Shown here: positions 28,904 to 37,331 of the stretch, in pieces
Layout: the number at the start of each line of letters is the position of its first letter
How positions within the stretch are numbered: the first letter of the stretch is position 1
IMG/VR virus record: IMGVR_UViG_3300049002_000003
Coordinates: 1-60,656 of that record
DNA: 60,656 nucleotides
Source of the DNA: a virus
Taxonomy: Duplodnaviria > Caudoviricetes
Strand: one strand, 5' to 3'
Notes under the pieces: model-generated
Databases searched by the model: none
What the model was told of the DNA's origin: nothing
Seen by the model: the letters and a program-made list of their open reading frames with translations, nothing else
Program-made: the position numbers and the translations under genes

Positions 28904-29069
28904 TGCCCTGGTCCTTCCCCTGCCTGTTGCCTGTCAGGAGATCCATGCCGGTCGAGACGAACGCCTCGCCGATCATCTTCTCAGCGAGAGCCTGGATGAT
29001 TGCGAAGACGTCCGTCTCGTCAAGAGCCGACGTCCGGATGGTCTCGATGATCTCGTCTCGCGTCGCCAT
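28887..29069 (-). CDS. Hypothetical protein
   Basis: ATG 29069 directly after the ThyX-like stop (MATRDEIIETIR...). Confidence 0.55.
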   Translation of the reverse strand: MATRDEIIETIRTSALDETDVFAIIQALAEKMIGEAFVSTGMDLLTGNRQGKDQGNVPPA

Positions 29070-29070
29070 G

Positions 29071-30264
29071 CTAGCCGCCGATCCGGAACTTGGGGTCTGG
29101 CAGGAAGGTCCGGTTGGACTGGCGCGCCCAAGCGAAGTCGCACTGCCCCTCAACGCTCTCCCACCCCTGGAATGTGCAAGAGTGTGCGGTCGCCTTGGCC
29201 AGCGCACCATCCGCGCGAATCTCTGGGACGTCCAGTGCGCCGTGCGTCTTCTCGCAGCTGATGCGGATGTGCGGTGCGAGGAACGGGTGCGCCTCGACTA
29301 GTAGCCGCCGCATCTCACGCATGACGTGGACGATCTCCCAGCTGAACATCGAACAGCCACGGTATGCGTAGACGTCGCGGAACTCCTTGACGTTGTACTC
29401 GCACAGGATGTAGTTCGTGGTGGCTTCCGGCAGCGCATAGCGCGCGTCCTGGTAGCTGATGTCTTCCTCGCAGGCAATCGAGTACGCCTCTCGCGCCGCA
29501 TCGATCGCATGGACGAAGGCGACGCGCGCCCGGTCGTTGAGCCAGATGGACTCCGGCATCCGGACTTCTGGCTCATCGCCATAGAACCCAGCGCGCTGCG
29601 ACTGCTGGTGGAACGCTGCGCGGCGCGACCGGACCAGCTGATGGGTACAGGTACGCGAGACACCCGACACAGCGAAGACGACCACCTGTGACTCCAGCGC
29701 AGTCTGAAGCCCACCCTTCAACATCTCTTCCCAGTCCGCGTCGCCGGACACCTGGCCTTCGGCGCGCCAGTTCCGGCTGGTGTCGCGAGAGAACCTGTGC
29801 GCCGAGTGCTGCGGCACACAGACAAACCGCTTCCCCAGCCAGGAGCCGGAGTTGAGCTCCCGTTCCGTGTCGTACGGCTCGTGGGCGTAGAACGCCTGTA
29901 GCGCTTGCGGGCACTGCTCCCAGTCGCCCGGTAGCGCGACGTCGAGATCCAGCCCGATCGTTGCCCTCGTGGCCATCGCGAGGGTGCGCTTGAAGGACAC
30001 CTCATCGAGACCCTGGACTAGGCGTACCCCGATCCCGTCGGCGCCGATCTGCGTCAGGCTGTTCGCCAGCGGCGAGACGTGAACCCCATCGTTCATGGAG
30101 TGCCGGTTGAAGGCGACGTCGCGGAGTAGCGCTGTCTCGCGCCGGTCAATGTCCGACTCGCCTTTCTCCGGGTTGCGAGACCAACGCCGCGAGTATGGGA
30201 AGTGCTCCCTGATCGGCTCGACAGCCGCGCGCTCGCGCAGCGCTTCAAGCCAGGCCCAAGTCAT
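29071..30264 (-). CDS. thyX: ThyX-like flavin-dependent thymidylate synthase (divergent, with N-terminal extension)
   Basis: 'GVSRTCTHQLVRSRRAAFHQQSQR' and 'YQDARYALP' motifs; the canonical RHR is RSR here. Confidence 0.8.
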   Translation of the reverse strand: MTWAWLEALRERAAVEPIREHFPYSRRWSRNPEKGESDIDRRETALLRDVAFNRHSMNDGVHVSPLANSLTQIGADGIGVRLVQGLDEVSFKRTLAMATRATIGLDLDVALPGDWEQCPQALQAFYAHEPYDTERELNSGSWLGKRFVCVPQHSAHRFSRDTSRNWRAEGQVSGDADWEEMLKGGLQTALESQVVVFAVSGVSRTCTHQLVRSRRAAFHQQSQRAGFYGDEPEVRMPESIWLNDRARVAFVHAIDAAREAYSIACEEDISYQDARYALPEATTNYILCEYNVKEFRDVYAYRGCSMFSWEIVHVMREMRRLLVEAHPFLAPHIRISCEKTHGALDVPEIRADGALAKATAHSCTFQGWESVEGQCDFAWARQSNRTFLPDPKFRIGG

Positions 30265-30446
30265 GCGGACTTCTGCGGGAGACGAGCCGCGCGGGCAGGG
30301 ATAGCAACGCGCTCGACCGAAGCCAGCACCATCGCGACTCCGGCCGGCAGAGCCGGCGCCGTGATCCGGCCGGCATTCGGAACCACCTTCAGGTCCTTCA
30401 CCACCGTCTCGTAGATGGGAGTCTCGGGATCTATGTAGTTGCTCAC
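30261..30446 (-). CDS. Hypothetical protein
   Basis: GTG start with a GGAG RBS; stop overlaps the thyX start. Confidence 0.55.
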   Translation of the reverse strand: MSNYIDPETPIYETVVKDLKVVPNAGRITAPALPAGVAMVLASVERVAIPARAARLPQKSA

Positions 30447-30472
30447 TGCGACTCCAGTCCTAACGAAGGGAT

Positions 30473-30531
30473 GCGTACCGGGCCGGCATCTCCTCTGGGG
30501 GTGGAGGAGTGGGGGAGCCGACCCGGTACGC
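30473..30531 (-). terminator. Long intergenic stem-loop
   Basis: GCGTACCGGG / CCCGGTACGC outer stem extended by CGGC/GCCG; the loop is purine-rich on the plus strand. Confidence 0.55.
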
Positions 30532-30562
30532 GGTCTAGGTTGCCCGACGCGGAAGGTTGGCG

Positions 30563-31348
30563 CTACTCGTCATCCTCATCGTCATCGTCCAACTCCTTCA
30601 TGGGGACTTCGCCGGTGATCGGCTTGAGTGAGCCGACCTTCAGTGACGCCTCCATGACGGTCCAGTGGCTGTTCCGGATCGCCGTCCTGATCCAAGTCAC
30701 AATGGTTGACTCGGGCGTGGAATGCCGGTCCACGTACAGCGACTTGATGCCGAAGCTGAGCATGACGGCGCAGTGTTCCTCGCCGGACTTGACCTCTTGG
30801 TGCAGCACGCTGCCGTCGGGCATCTCGACCAGGTATCTGGTGGTGGTCTCCATCCTCCCGTACTTCGACAGCGTCATGACCGGGTCTTCCGCATCCACGG
30901 TGGTGTTCTGCGACAGCCAGCGCTCCACACGGTCTCTCAGCCGATCGAAGGCAGTTGGCCACTGCTCCTCGGACTGCGCGACGATCAGGATGGCCTCGCC
31001 TTCGGCTGCGTAGTACCGCGTGACCGGCGGGATTCCCAGCTGCTTGAGAGCGCCGTTCAGACCTTCGTCGCACCAGCCTTCGGAGCGCTGTCCGGCGAGC
31101 GCGACGCGCCGCACACGGTCCTTGTAGCGCTGCTGGTCGAAGTCCGCGAACAGCAGACCGCTGTCGCGCAACTCCACCAGCGCCTTCATGTACCAGTTGC
31201 CGTCCATGCCGATACAGCCGAGCCGTTCTGCGGACCTCTGCAGCCAGTCCAACTCCAACTCCTGGAGCTTCGACTTGGGCATCACGAGCGCCCCATCCGG
31301 CTCAGCATCAGCCGCCGAAGTCGTGGGCGTGAGCGTCACCTGCGCCAT
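30563..31348 (-). CDS. Hypothetical protein
   Basis: 261 aa, AAGGAGAGG RBS, acidic tail; contains a 'WCDEGLNGALKQLGI' motif. Confidence 0.7.
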   Translation of the reverse strand: MAQVTLTPTTSAADAEPDGALVMPKSKLQELELDWLQRSAERLGCIGMDGNWYMKALVELRDSGLLFADFDQQRYKDRVRRVALAGQRSEGWCDEGLNGALKQLGIPPVTRYYAAEGEAILIVAQSEEQWPTAFDRLRDRVERWLSQNTTVDAEDPVMTLSKYGRMETTTRYLVEMPDGSVLHQEVKSGEEHCAVMLSFGIKSLYVDRHSTPESTIVTWIRTAIRNSHWTVMEASLKVGSLKPITGEVPMKELDDDDEDDE

Positions 31349-31406
31349 ACCAAACCTCTCCTTCGCTCGCCGTGGCCTACTCTGCCTCGCCTCGACTCGC
31401 CTGCCC
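31342..31406 (-). repeat. Short GGY-NN pentamer tract (13 units) filling the intergenic gap
   Basis: Plus strand: gcgcc atacc aaacc tctcc ttcgc tcgcc gtggc ctact ctgcc tcgcc tcgac tcgcc tgccc (9 of 13 end in CC). Confidence 0.6.
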
Positions 31407-31840
31407 TAGGCCTGCGGGTTGTCGCGGACGGGCCGCGCGCTGTGCGTCGGGTTGCCGCGCTCCGGCTCCGCGTCCGGCTCGCTCGCGGCCAGAACGACGT
31501 CCGACAGCGGCTCGGCCTTCGCGTGCTCCGGCTCGTAGTCCGCCGCACGGTCCACGGGGTTGAATGCCGCGTCGGGCTGCCCCGGCGCGAAGTCCGGCCG
31601 CGCCAACTGGACTACGGCCGTGCCGTCGCGGAGCGCCCGGATGGTCTCGGCCTCCAGGTCCGACAGCGTGCCGCCGACCAGGCCGGCTCCGGCGGTGACG
31701 GAGACCACGATCTTGCCGTCCACGGACCGCACGGAGTCCACCGGGATCTCCTGGCGGGACGGCTGGAACTGGACGACGATCGGGCTGGAGCCGTTCTCGT
31801 ACTGGACGTTGGCGATGGCGTCGTTCAGGGTTGCGGTCAT
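31406..31840 (-). CDS. Hypothetical protein
   Basis: ATG 31840 with a GAGAGGA RBS. Confidence 0.65.
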   Translation of the reverse strand: MTATLNDAIANVQYENGSSPIVVQFQPSRQEIPVDSVRSVDGKIVVSVTAGAGLVGGTLSDLEAETIRALRDGTAVVQLARPDFAPGQPDAAFNPVDRAADYEPEHAKAEPLSDVVLAASEPDAEPERGNPTHSARPVRDNPQA

Positions 31841-31921
31841 GACTGTCCTCTCAGGACGGTTGGGGTATTCCTTGCCTCGGCCGGCCAACGGCCAACCGCT
31901 ACTTGCCAGAACAGACCCGAG

Positions 31922-32194
31922 TCAGTTGCCAGCGCAAACCGGGTCGCGGACGACCACGGTCGGCGCGCTGTCCGTCTTGTCGTGCGTCGAGACGTAGATG
32001 CCGTTGCCCTTGTAGCAAGCGATGGCGACGTTCGGGAAGTGGTCCGGCATCGGCACCACAGGCACGTCCGACTTCGGGACCTGCGCTGCCGGCGCGTCGC
32101 CGGTACCGCGACTGTCCGAGCCGCACGCCGTGAGCGAAGCGCCGAGCGCCAGGCCTGCGGCCGCGATGGCGAGTTTCTGGATGGTGTTCATCAC
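31922..32194 (-). CDS. Lipoprotein
   Basis: Signal peptide with lipobox 'LTAC'; coupled to the stop of the RAMP-like gene. Confidence 0.7.
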   Translation of the reverse strand: MMNTIQKLAIAAAGLALGASLTACGSDSRGTGDAPAAQVPKSDVPVVPMPDHFPNVAIACYKGNGIYVSTHDKTDSAPTVVVRDPVCAGN

Positions 32195-32835
32195 GCCTCA
32201 AATCTGGTCTGAGCGAAGTTGGTCACGAGGAACCGGCCATACGTCGGCCGGAAGTCTGCGATGCCGACGACTCGGCCGCCGTTCTCCAGGACCTGCTGGA
32301 AGACGGTTGGGGAGACGTACTCCGGCAGGTTGATCATGAACTGGAAGGATGCGGTCCACCCCTCGTTGAAGGCTGGCCGCGAGCGCGTGACGCCGTTCCG
32401 CTGCACCATGACGCGCCGCTGGTCCATGAAGTCCCAGTCGGTCACGCCGCCGTTCAGCGGCGCCAGGTCGGTGAGCGGCACGATGGCTGCCTTCATGAGC
32501 TGAGCCATGGACGCTCGCGGCGAGCGCGGGTCGGGCCGGAACTTGGCCGAGTTGACCATGACCTGCCGGACGTACTCACCCGGCAAGCACAGCTGGTTAT
32601 TGCTGTTCCGCCAGACGTACGACTGGACGTCGTCAGTCTTCTTGGCGGCGCTGCCCTTCGCAGCAGCGGACTTCTCCGCCACCGACTCGACCGACCATCG
32701 GTGGAACAGCATCGGGCATACCCCGGTGAGGGTGAAGTCCACGATGACCGGCTCTGTCAGAGAGATGATGTCGTTGCCGTCGTCCGACGTCGGCTCCAGC
32801 ACGTCGGTCGCTTTGCCGTTCGCTTTCGCTGCCAC
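32191..32835 (-). CDS. Solo Cas7/RAMP-like RNA-binding protein (214 aa)
   Basis: GTG 32835 with a GAAGGAG RBS. RAMP-like layout: first strand 'FTLTGVCPMLFH', 'LCLPGEYVRQVM' (cf. IPGSSxKG of Csm3/Cas7 RAMPs), thumb-like 'DQRRVMVQRNGVTRSRPAF', C-terminal G-rich loop 'GGRVVGIADFRPTYGRF'. Confidence 0.7.
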   Translation of the reverse strand: MAAKANGKATDVLEPTSDDGNDIISLTEPVIVDFTLTGVCPMLFHRWSVESVAEKSAAAKGSAAKKTDDVQSYVWRNSNNQLCLPGEYVRQVMVNSAKFRPDPRSPRASMAQLMKAAIVPLTDLAPLNGGVTDWDFMDQRRVMVQRNGVTRSRPAFNEGWTASFQFMINLPEYVSPTVFQQVLENGGRVVGIADFRPTYGRFLVTNFAQTRFEA

Positions 32836-32850
32836 TGTGGCTCCTTCTGT

Positions 32851-32945
32851 TGCCCTGGCCGGACCACACCCGTTCTGGCCCCGCAGTACCTGTCCCAGAC
32901 TTGCCCCGCCTTGCCTGTCCTTACCGGACCTAGGCAATCCAGACC
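32851..32945 (-). repeat. GGY-NN pentamer array (19 units) directly upstream of the RAMP-like gene
   Basis: 15 of 19 in-register units end in CC on the plus strand and 11 are exact NN-RCC. The array ends 3 nt before the RBS. Confidence 0.85.
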
Positions 32946-32998
32946 ATCGGCTCGCCTAGCCGCTCACACGTACCCTCTCGCGCCGAGAGCTACTGGCG

Positions 32999-33304
32999 CT
33001 ACTGTGCGTCGAGAAGACGCAGCAAAGACTCGGCTGCTTCTCTGGAAGTAGAAGTAAGACGTCCTTCGGCCCAGTCATGGACAGCCGCAAGCTTCACTTC
33101 CAGACCTGCGATCCTGTCGTGCAGGAGCATGATCTGGTCTGCGGCTGTAGAAGCGTCGGGAGCGGAGACGCCCAGCATGCCGAGCAGATGGTTGATCGAG
33201 TCGCGTTGGTTCCTGATCTGTACCATGCGGCGCGCGTCCAACTCGGTCGCCATGCGCATGACGTCCTGCTTGTCGTGGTAGTTCTTCACACCATCGAGCG
33301 CCAT
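32999..33304 (-). CDS. Hypothetical coiled-coil protein between two pentamer arrays
   Basis: Start is ATG 33304 or GTG 33289. The ORF-track extension further upstream is translated array sequence. Confidence 0.55.
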   Translation of the reverse strand: MALDGVKNYHDKQDVMRMATELDARRMVQIRNQRDSINHLLGMLGVSAPDASTAADQIMLLHDRIAGLEVKLAAVHDWAEGRLTSTSREAAESLLRLLDAQ

Positions 33305-33519
33305 GCCGTCACTCGCCTCTCCTAGCCTTCGCTTGGCTTCCCATACCATTCCATGCCGGAAGCGCTCCAATCCCCGCAGCATCGAACCGTAGCCAGCACG
33401 ACCGCGTAGAACCGGTCCACACCATACCGAGCATTGCCCAGACCTACCGAGCCGTTCTCTGCCCCGCCACGCCGATCCGTTGGCGCAACCGGCCCAACCC
33501 AGCCTCTCCTGGCCGAGCC
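33288..33519 (-). repeat. GGY-NN pentamer array (about 45 units)
   Basis: Plus strand e.g. gaacc ggtcc acacc atacc gagca ttgcc cagac ctacc gagcc, and cggcc caacc cagcc tctcc tggcc gagcc. It begins at the stop of the upstream gene. Confidence 0.85.
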
Positions 33520-33740
33520 TAGGAGTGGAAGACCTCGTTGAAGGTCACCAAGCGGATCTCCTGGCCGACGACGAATGGCGGCGCAGAGCCGTCCGCGAAC
33601 GTCAGAGTCATGCTGGCGTCGGCCAGCACTTCACCTTCAGCCTCCGCGACTTCCTCCGGCCGCACGAGCGTCGCCGTGAACGAGTTGGGCTGTACGTCCG
33701 TGACCTGAACGTGCATATCCCAACGGTGTGACTGTGGCAT
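33519..33740 (-). CDS. Small hypothetical protein (73 aa)
   Basis: ATG 33740 with a GAAGGAG RBS; first gene of the RAMP/array locus. Confidence 0.65.
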   Translation of the reverse strand: MPQSHRWDMHVQVTDVQPNSFTATLVRPEEVAEAEGEVLADASMTLTFADGSAPPFVVGQEIRLVTFNEVFHS

Positions 33741-33746
33741 CCCTGT

Positions 33747-33790
33747 CTCCTTCGGTCGGGTTGAACCTAATACTGCGGTCTGGGCTGGGG
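33747..33790 (-). promoter_or_regulatory. Putative promoter/leader of the RAMP-array locus
   Basis: Minus strand TAGGTT (-10-like) followed by CCCGACCGAAGGAG, the same leader found downstream of the early promoter repeat at 55734-55747. Confidence 0.4.
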
Positions 33791-36700
33791 CTACGTCGGG
33801 TCGATCACCCAGACGTCTTCCACATAGACCGATGCGCCGAAGCGCGTCGCATCGTACTTCCCGCGCACCAACAAGACATCGCGGTCCATGTTGAGATCCC
33901 ATAGCGCCTTCTCGAATGCAGGGAAGATGAAGCGGTTCCAACGGAGATAGATGATGGTGTCTGTCTCGTCTAGCGCGTGGATCACCATCCGCTTGACAAG
34001 GTCAGGCCGCTTCATGCGAGCGCGGATGACCTCATAGTCCTCACCGGTCTGGCCACGCTGGTCCTCAACCACGTCTCGCGAGTCGCGAAGCGTCGGAACG
34101 CAGGCGTACACCACTTTGGTGTCGCGTCCAAGAGCTTCGATCTGGGCCCCATTATGGGTCGGCTTAGGCAGCATTATGGCGCGCGAGTCGATGGCCTTCC
34201 GAACAGCCTGGAGCTTCCGGTCTACCGCATGGATGGAGAACGGGTCATCGGTACCGGCCTTCGCTAGAACAGCCGTCAGTTTAGCCGGCCCAATTCCCTT
34301 CACCCGCAGAAGGCTCGACCAGTCCTCGAATGGTCCATTCTCTGCCCGGTCGCGGACGATGTTCCCCGCATGCCAGAGCCCTAGTCCGGGCAGCTGGCTG
34401 AAGCCGGCGCCGATCCGGCCGTTCCGAATGCCCCAGGTCTCCTGTGAGCGCTTCAGGCTCGGCGCTGCTATCCGGACACCATGCTTGATAGCGTCGCGCA
34501 ACAGGAAATACTCATCGTCCGGGTACTTCAACAGGCAAGCGGTGAAGAACTCAATCGGGTGGTAGACCTTGAGCCACATCGTCCAGTACGCCAGCATAGC
34601 ATACGAGACGGAGTGTGCGACGTTGAAGGCATAGGTGCCGGCTGTCGCCATGCGGGCCCAGATCTCCTTGGCCTCCGCTTCCTTCATTCCATGCAAGCGC
34701 TTCGCACCTTCGAGGAACAGTCCTTGCCGCATGTTGAACGCCGCGTTGCCGTGCTTGAGCGAGATGATCTTGCGGATCTCTTGGGCGTGGGTCCAGTCGA
34801 AGCCGCCGATGAGCCGGACAATCGCAAGGATCTGCTCTTGGTAGATAATCTGGCCCTTGGTCCAGCCGATGATGTCCACCAGAGCGCGGTGGATCTTCTC
34901 CGGCTTGATCTTCCTGTGCTTGGTCCAGATGTACCGCTCGGTCGAGCCGGAGTGAAGCGGTCCAGGGCGGGACAGCGCATTGATGTCGGCTAGCTCCATA
35001 AATGTGTCCGGCTTCACACCACCACAGACGATCCGAGTTGCCCCACCGCCGAACTGGAAGATGCCCGTCAAGTCGCCATCTGCGAACGCTGCGATGATCT
35101 TCGGGTCATCCAGCGGGACGTCGTACATATCCTCAAGTGTCTTGCCGATCATCTTGAGGGCATGCTCTATCATGCCGAGGGTCGACAGCCCAAGGAAGTC
35201 GACCTTCATCAAGTTCAGGTACTCGGCGTCATACTTGTTGACGGACAGGACTTGTCGCTTGCGCTTCGCCTTGCCCGATCCGGTCTCGCGCTCATACGTC
35301 GCGCAGACGTCCGTCAGCGAACTGTCCGCGACGACTAGGCCGCAGGCATGGACCGACATGCCCTTGGTGTTGCCTTCGAGCCGGAGCGCCTTCCAGAGGA
35401 CTGGATAGGCATCCATGACCTCCTTGGCCTGCGGGAACATCGCAACCGTGTCTTCGAGCGTAGCTCCAGCCCGCGCGTCGCCAGAGCTACGCTCAATCAT
35501 CAGGTCCTTGATGACCTTGACGTGGTAGTCAGGCACTGCGTTGACGCGAGCTACGTCAACCAGAGAGTTCTTGCCCTTGTAGAGCGTGTACGTGCCGATA
35601 GCGCCGACCCGGTCGGCGCCATAGACTTGAATCGCATGCTGAGTTAGTTCGTCGCGCCGATGGTCAGCGAAGTCCAAGTCAACGTCGGGCACGTCCATGC
35701 GGTCGAGCGCGATGAACCGCTCGAAGTACATCATGGGGAATTGGAGCGGATCAACCTCAGTAATGCGAAGTAGGTAGCAGGTAAGAGATGCCGCTGCGGA
35801 GCCACGAGCCGGACCAACGGGGATGGGGTGTCCGTTGCCGTCATCCTTGGCCCAACGAACCAGTTCGGACAGCATCAAGAAGTAGTCTATGAAGCCCTTC
35901 TCGGAAATGATGGACATCTCGTAGCGGAGCCGCTCAAGATACTTCGCGCGCTGCTTCTTCAATCGGTTGTTGAAGCGCGCCCGGTAGTCCCAACCCTGCT
36001 TCAGCCAATCCCAGATCAACTTCTTGCTCGACGTGTACCCGTCTGGTAGCGGGAACCGGAGTCGCTCAGCCTTTGGCAACTTGACGTTACAGCGCGCAGC
36101 AATCTCTTGAGTTGAGTAGAGCGCTTGCTGCGCAGCCAGCTTGCTAAGACCTGTGCCCATAAGCCGTTGCATGACTAGCTTGTCTGACGTCGGGTGCGTC
36201 AGGCGAATGTCGTACTCCCAGCCTTCGGCCTGCTTCGAGACCGTGCCGGCGCCACGGCCGGCCGCGTGGAGAATCAGTTGCATCTCATTGTCGTCCGGGT
36301 GCGGGTAGTGCACGTCAGCTGTCGCTACTAGCGGTATGCCATAGCGCTGTCCCTCTTGCGCATACCACTGGTTGATAGCATGAGACCGTTTGAGCTCAGG
36401 AAACATCTGCGTCTCAAGGTAGAACCGGTCTCCAAGCAAGTCCTTGAACCGCTCGATAGTTCGGCGCGCTGCGCGCTCGCTTGGAGCGTCGTTCCCTTTG
36501 CCGCCGAGTAGGTCACACGCTAGCTTCGAGTCGGCGCAACCGGACAGCACTATGAGACCTTCGTTGTGCTCGGCCAGCATGTCGCCGGAGACAGTCGGCC
36601 AGCGGTAGAACCCTTCGGCCCAACTCCGCGTAACGATCTGCATCAAGTTGTGGTAGCCGGTCTGGTCGGCCGCCAACAGCGTCAGGTGCCACTTCCGGGT

Positions 36701-36937
36701 ATTGCCGGTCTCGCGCATGTCAGCCGGACCAGTGTATGCCTCCAAGCCGAAGATTGGCTTGACGTTGTGCTTGAGGCAGAACTTCTCGTGTGGCGCGTGT
36801 GACGAGACGTTCCCATGTTCAGTCACGGCTTGCGCCTTCATGCCTAGCTCGGCTGACCGCAGTACGTGTTGCTCCTCGGTCCCATAGCCGTCGCCATAGG
36901 ACTTCGTAGTGTGGTGGTGAAGCGAGACGTACTTCAC
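33791..36937 (-). CDS. dnaE: DNA polymerase III alpha subunit-like
   Basis: PHP domain 'SLHHHT..SYGDG', 'TEHGN', 'GPARGSAAASL', catalytic 'PDVDLDF', 'KVDFLGL', 'YAFNVAHS'. Confidence 0.95.
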   Translation of the reverse strand: MKYVSLHHHTTKSYGDGYGTEEQHVLRSAELGMKAQAVTEHGNVSSHAPHEKFCLKHNVKPIFGLEAYTGPADMRETGNTRKWHLTLLAADQTGYHNLMQIVTRSWAEGFYRWPTVSGDMLAEHNEGLIVLSGCADSKLACDLLGGKGNDAPSERAARRTIERFKDLLGDRFYLETQMFPELKRSHAINQWYAQEGQRYGIPLVATADVHYPHPDDNEMQLILHAAGRGAGTVSKQAEGWEYDIRLTHPTSDKLVMQRLMGTGLSKLAAQQALYSTQEIAARCNVKLPKAERLRFPLPDGYTSSKKLIWDWLKQGWDYRARFNNRLKKQRAKYLERLRYEMSIISEKGFIDYFLMLSELVRWAKDDGNGHPIPVGPARGSAAASLTCYLLRITEVDPLQFPMMYFERFIALDRMDVPDVDLDFADHRRDELTQHAIQVYGADRVGAIGTYTLYKGKNSLVDVARVNAVPDYHVKVIKDLMIERSSGDARAGATLEDTVAMFPQAKEVMDAYPVLWKALRLEGNTKGMSVHACGLVVADSSLTDVCATYERETGSGKAKRKRQVLSVNKYDAEYLNLMKVDFLGLSTLGMIEHALKMIGKTLEDMYDVPLDDPKIIAAFADGDLTGIFQFGGGATRIVCGGVKPDTFMELADINALSRPGPLHSGSTERYIWTKHRKIKPEKIHRALVDIIGWTKGQIIYQEQILAIVRLIGGFDWTHAQEIRKIISLKHGNAAFNMRQGLFLEGAKRLHGMKEAEAKEIWARMATAGTYAFNVAHSVSYAMLAYWTMWLKVYHPIEFFTACLLKYPDDEYFLLRDAIKHGVRIAAPSLKRSQETWGIRNGRIGAGFSQLPGLGLWHAGNIVRDRAENGPFEDWSSLLRVKGIGPAKLTAVLAKAGTDDPFSIHAVDRKLQAVRKAIDSRAIMLPKPTHNGAQIEALGRDTKVVYACVPTLRDSRDVVEDQRGQTGEDYEVIRARMKRPDLVKRMVIHALDETDTIIYLRWNRFIFPAFEKALWDLNMDRDVLLVRGKYDATRFGASVYVEDVWVIDPT

Positions 36938-37119
36938 GCGGTTGGCTTCGGTCGCTCAGGCTGCCGGTCGCCTATCAACTTGAGCCATTCCTCTCGGTGC
37001 TCCTCGTACACGTGCCATACGGCGTCTTGCCGCGCTAGCTCTCCGTCCGGTCGGCTGTCGCCTTCCCAAGAGCATATCTGGCAGACGCCCTTCTGGTCGA
37101 CGTACTCAGTCACAGGCAT
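36934..37119 (-). CDS. Small CxxC...H zinc-finger-like protein
   Basis: 'CQICSW...HVYEEH' motif; its stop overlaps the dnaE start. Confidence 0.55.
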   Translation of the reverse strand: MPVTEYVDQKGVCQICSWEGDSRPDGELARQDAVWHVYEEHREEWLKLIGDRQPERPKPTA

Positions 37120-37331
37120 TCTCCCGCGTGGACCATGAAGCATCGCGCGCAGACCTTTGATGGCTTGCGGCCAACTTCAGCTAGCAGCGCCGAGTCGGCA
37201 TGGTCGTGGAGCGCTACCAACACCCTGTCCTCACTCGGGTCATCGCCCGGTTGGTACTCGACTTGGTCGCCTGGCTGGAATCTGCGGCCGCACTCGCCAC
37301 AGGTGCCGGGGTATTTCGCCGCAAAGCTCAT
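37110..37331 (-). CDS. Small zinc-binding protein
   Basis: 'FAAKYPGTCGECG...PGDQV' and 'CARCFMVHAGEC' motifs. Confidence 0.65.
   Translation of the reverse strand: MSFAAKYPGTCGECGRRFQPGDQVEYQPGDDPSEDRVLVALHDHADSALLAEVGRKPSKVCARCFMVHAGECL

Noticed and set aside
32836-32937. N-terminal extension of the RAMP-like ORF in the ORF track
   Set aside because: It is translated pentamer array; the GTG at 32835 has a proper GAAGGAG RBS.
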